64,000 nt of DNA from Candidatus Zixiibacteriota bacterium (lineage in GTDB: Bacteria; Zixibacteria; MSB-5A5; GN15; FEB-12). The notes beneath the pieces are model-generated. The model made no database searches and was not told the origin of the DNA. It saw only the letters and a list, made by a program, of their open reading frames with translations. Made by a program: the position numbers and the translations under genes. The stretch is taken from the NCBI GenBank assembly GCA_020351995.1, contig CP070674.1:3533169-3597168 (forward strand), written 5' to 3'. Shown piece by piece: positions 62,746 through 64,000 of the stretch. Numbering within the stretch: position 1 is the stretch's first letter; every line of letters starts with the position of its first letter.

Positions 62746-64000
62746 TCAGGGCAGAAGATCAATCACGACGCCACGATCGTTGACCAGTAACCTGCCGCTA
62801 TGACCCGTGTTGATTTCGAAATTAGTGCCAACAAGTTGCAGGTTGTTGAACTGACAGTCCACGCCTTCGGCGAGCGACTCCGGTTTTCCGTCAACAGCGC
62901 ACACGGTTATTTCGGGACAGTAGAAGACGACTGTTTTTTCTCGCGTTGACCAATCGTTAAGTTCGAGAAGCCCTGCCTCTTTCAAAGAGAAAAAGAGATT
63001 ATCGTCACCGGCACTCTCAAGCACATAAACGTCGAAGTGATTACGAAGCTCCTTTGAGCCGCCATCTACCAGCCACTTCTTCGCCGAAGAATTGCGTGAC
63101 CTCCTCAGATTGCGTCCGCTCAGACACACTTCAACGCGAAGGCCGGGCTGCGAGTCAAAGGCGGCGGAATCCCGCTCAAATCCCTCTCGATATTCAGCGA
63201 TCAACCTCTCCGACGTCTGCAAAACTGCCCCATAATCATACCGCACCTTCGCGGCGTCAACTATCGAGTCAACCTCGGCACTATCTACGCTCAATGCCGC
63301 GCCAAGAAGTTCGGCGAAGGTGGATGTCAACTCCGCTTGTTGGATGCGTCGTTTCCAGTCGACGCCCAAATAATCCAGGAGCAATCCCTGGGCAGCCCCC
63401 ACCGGGTAGATTCGATTTCGCGGCATGTTCTCCGGCTTTACGGAACCGGCGCTGACCATTTGACTCAGACTTTCCGTTATGCGCCCTACCGCCGTAATGG
63501 ATTCTCGTCTGTCTGCCATTGAGTTTGCCGCTGATAACGGACCAGTTTTGATATTCAACGATGCAATAAGACCAAGAGCCTTCGCTTCCACATACCTCGC
63601 CGTGCCCTCGTGAATCTCTTTGCCTCGCTCATAATTCTGCACGAACTCGTCAGCCTGTTGCCATCGATGGAGTCGCGTCGCTACGAACTGTGCCGTCAGA
63701 CTGCGTACCGAGTCTTTGTCGTCCTGGCCTAAGAAGCGCAGAGCGTCGTTCAACGATAGAATTTCCATACAGGTCAGCGATGTATTCATCACGTCTTCGA
63801 TTGGATACAGTTCCTCTCGTGCCCATGGGATGTCACCGAACTCCGCGTATTGAAACTGATGAAAATTCTCGTGTACGATATACCCTAGAAAACTCTCATA
63901 ATCCTGCTTAAGGAAACCAACCGCTGCGCAAACGGTACTGTCGATGCGTATGTTGAAAGCCAATTGACCGGTTAGCTGTCGCAACTTTCCCTCGTGAAAG
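62746..64000 (-). CDS. Hypothetical protein with HExxH motif (putative metallopeptidase-like), 5' end outside the window
   Basis: The reading frame stays open to the window edge upstream of the tracked TTG at 63984. The motif IVHENFHQFQ is the only recognisable feature. Confidence 0.55.
   Translation of the reverse strand, partial: FHEGKLRQLTGQLAFNIRIDSTVCAAVGFLKQDYESFLGYIVHENFHQFQYAEFGDIPWAREELYPIEDVMNTSLTCMEILSLNDALRFLGQDDKDSVRSLTAQFVATRLHRWQQADEFVQNYERGKEIHEGTARYVEAKALGLIASLNIKTGPLSAANSMADRRESITAVGRITESLSQMVSAGSVKPENMPRNRIYPVGAAQGLLLDYLGVDWKRRIQQAELTSTFAELLGAALSVDSAEVDSIVDAAKVRYDYGAVLQTSERLIAEYREGFERDSAAFDSQPGLRVEVCLSGRNLRRSRNSSAKKWLVDGGSKELRNHFDVYVLESAGDDNLFFSLKEAGLLELNDWSTREKTVVFYCPEITVCAVDGKPESLAEGVDCQFNNLQLVGTNFEINTGHSGRLLVNDRGVVIDLLP

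Overview
This is a 64-kb chromosomal window, apparently from an uncultivated Gram-negative bacterium. The taxonomic guess (FCB-superphylum-like) is inference only, based on about ten proteins that end in a type IX secretion (T9SS, Por_Secre_tail-type) C-terminal sorting domain. I can support about 40 coding regions. They include a Hanks Ser/Thr kinase, a sigma54 activator with a matching sigma54 promoter, and cysK-cysE. Two C25 (gingipain-like) + S8 (subtilisin) protease pairs are present. A giant beta-helix/Ig surface-protein gene of more than 2,200 codons is interrupted by one in-frame TAA. It is co-transcribed with an outer-membrane barrel-TPR protein, a partner-switching set (PP2C, STAS-kinase fusion, STAS) and a histidine kinase. 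Also present are SBBP and FG-GAP/dockerin repeat proteins, an M6 protease, an FtsX permease, and two haem proteins carrying T9SS tails. I saw no rRNA, tRNA, CRISPR array, transposase or integrase. The most unusual feature is at 50.4-62.7 kb. Eight co-oriented copies of a 120-150-bp composite repeat divide 12 kb into functionally unrelated gene cassettes. The repeat has two conserved boxes separated by a variable segment of fixed length (35-37 nt), followed by a hairpin that can pair in two alternative ways. It does not fit the integron attC model. Other notable signals are a five-Cys leader peptide plus terminator upstream of cysK, an anti-sigma factor with a T9SS tail, conserved 5' leaders shared by secreted repeat-protein genes, near-identical T9SS-tail DNA on unrelated proteases, and a 420-nt leader on an RNHCP gene. 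All calls were made by eye from the sequence and the ORF track. No searches or folding programs were run.
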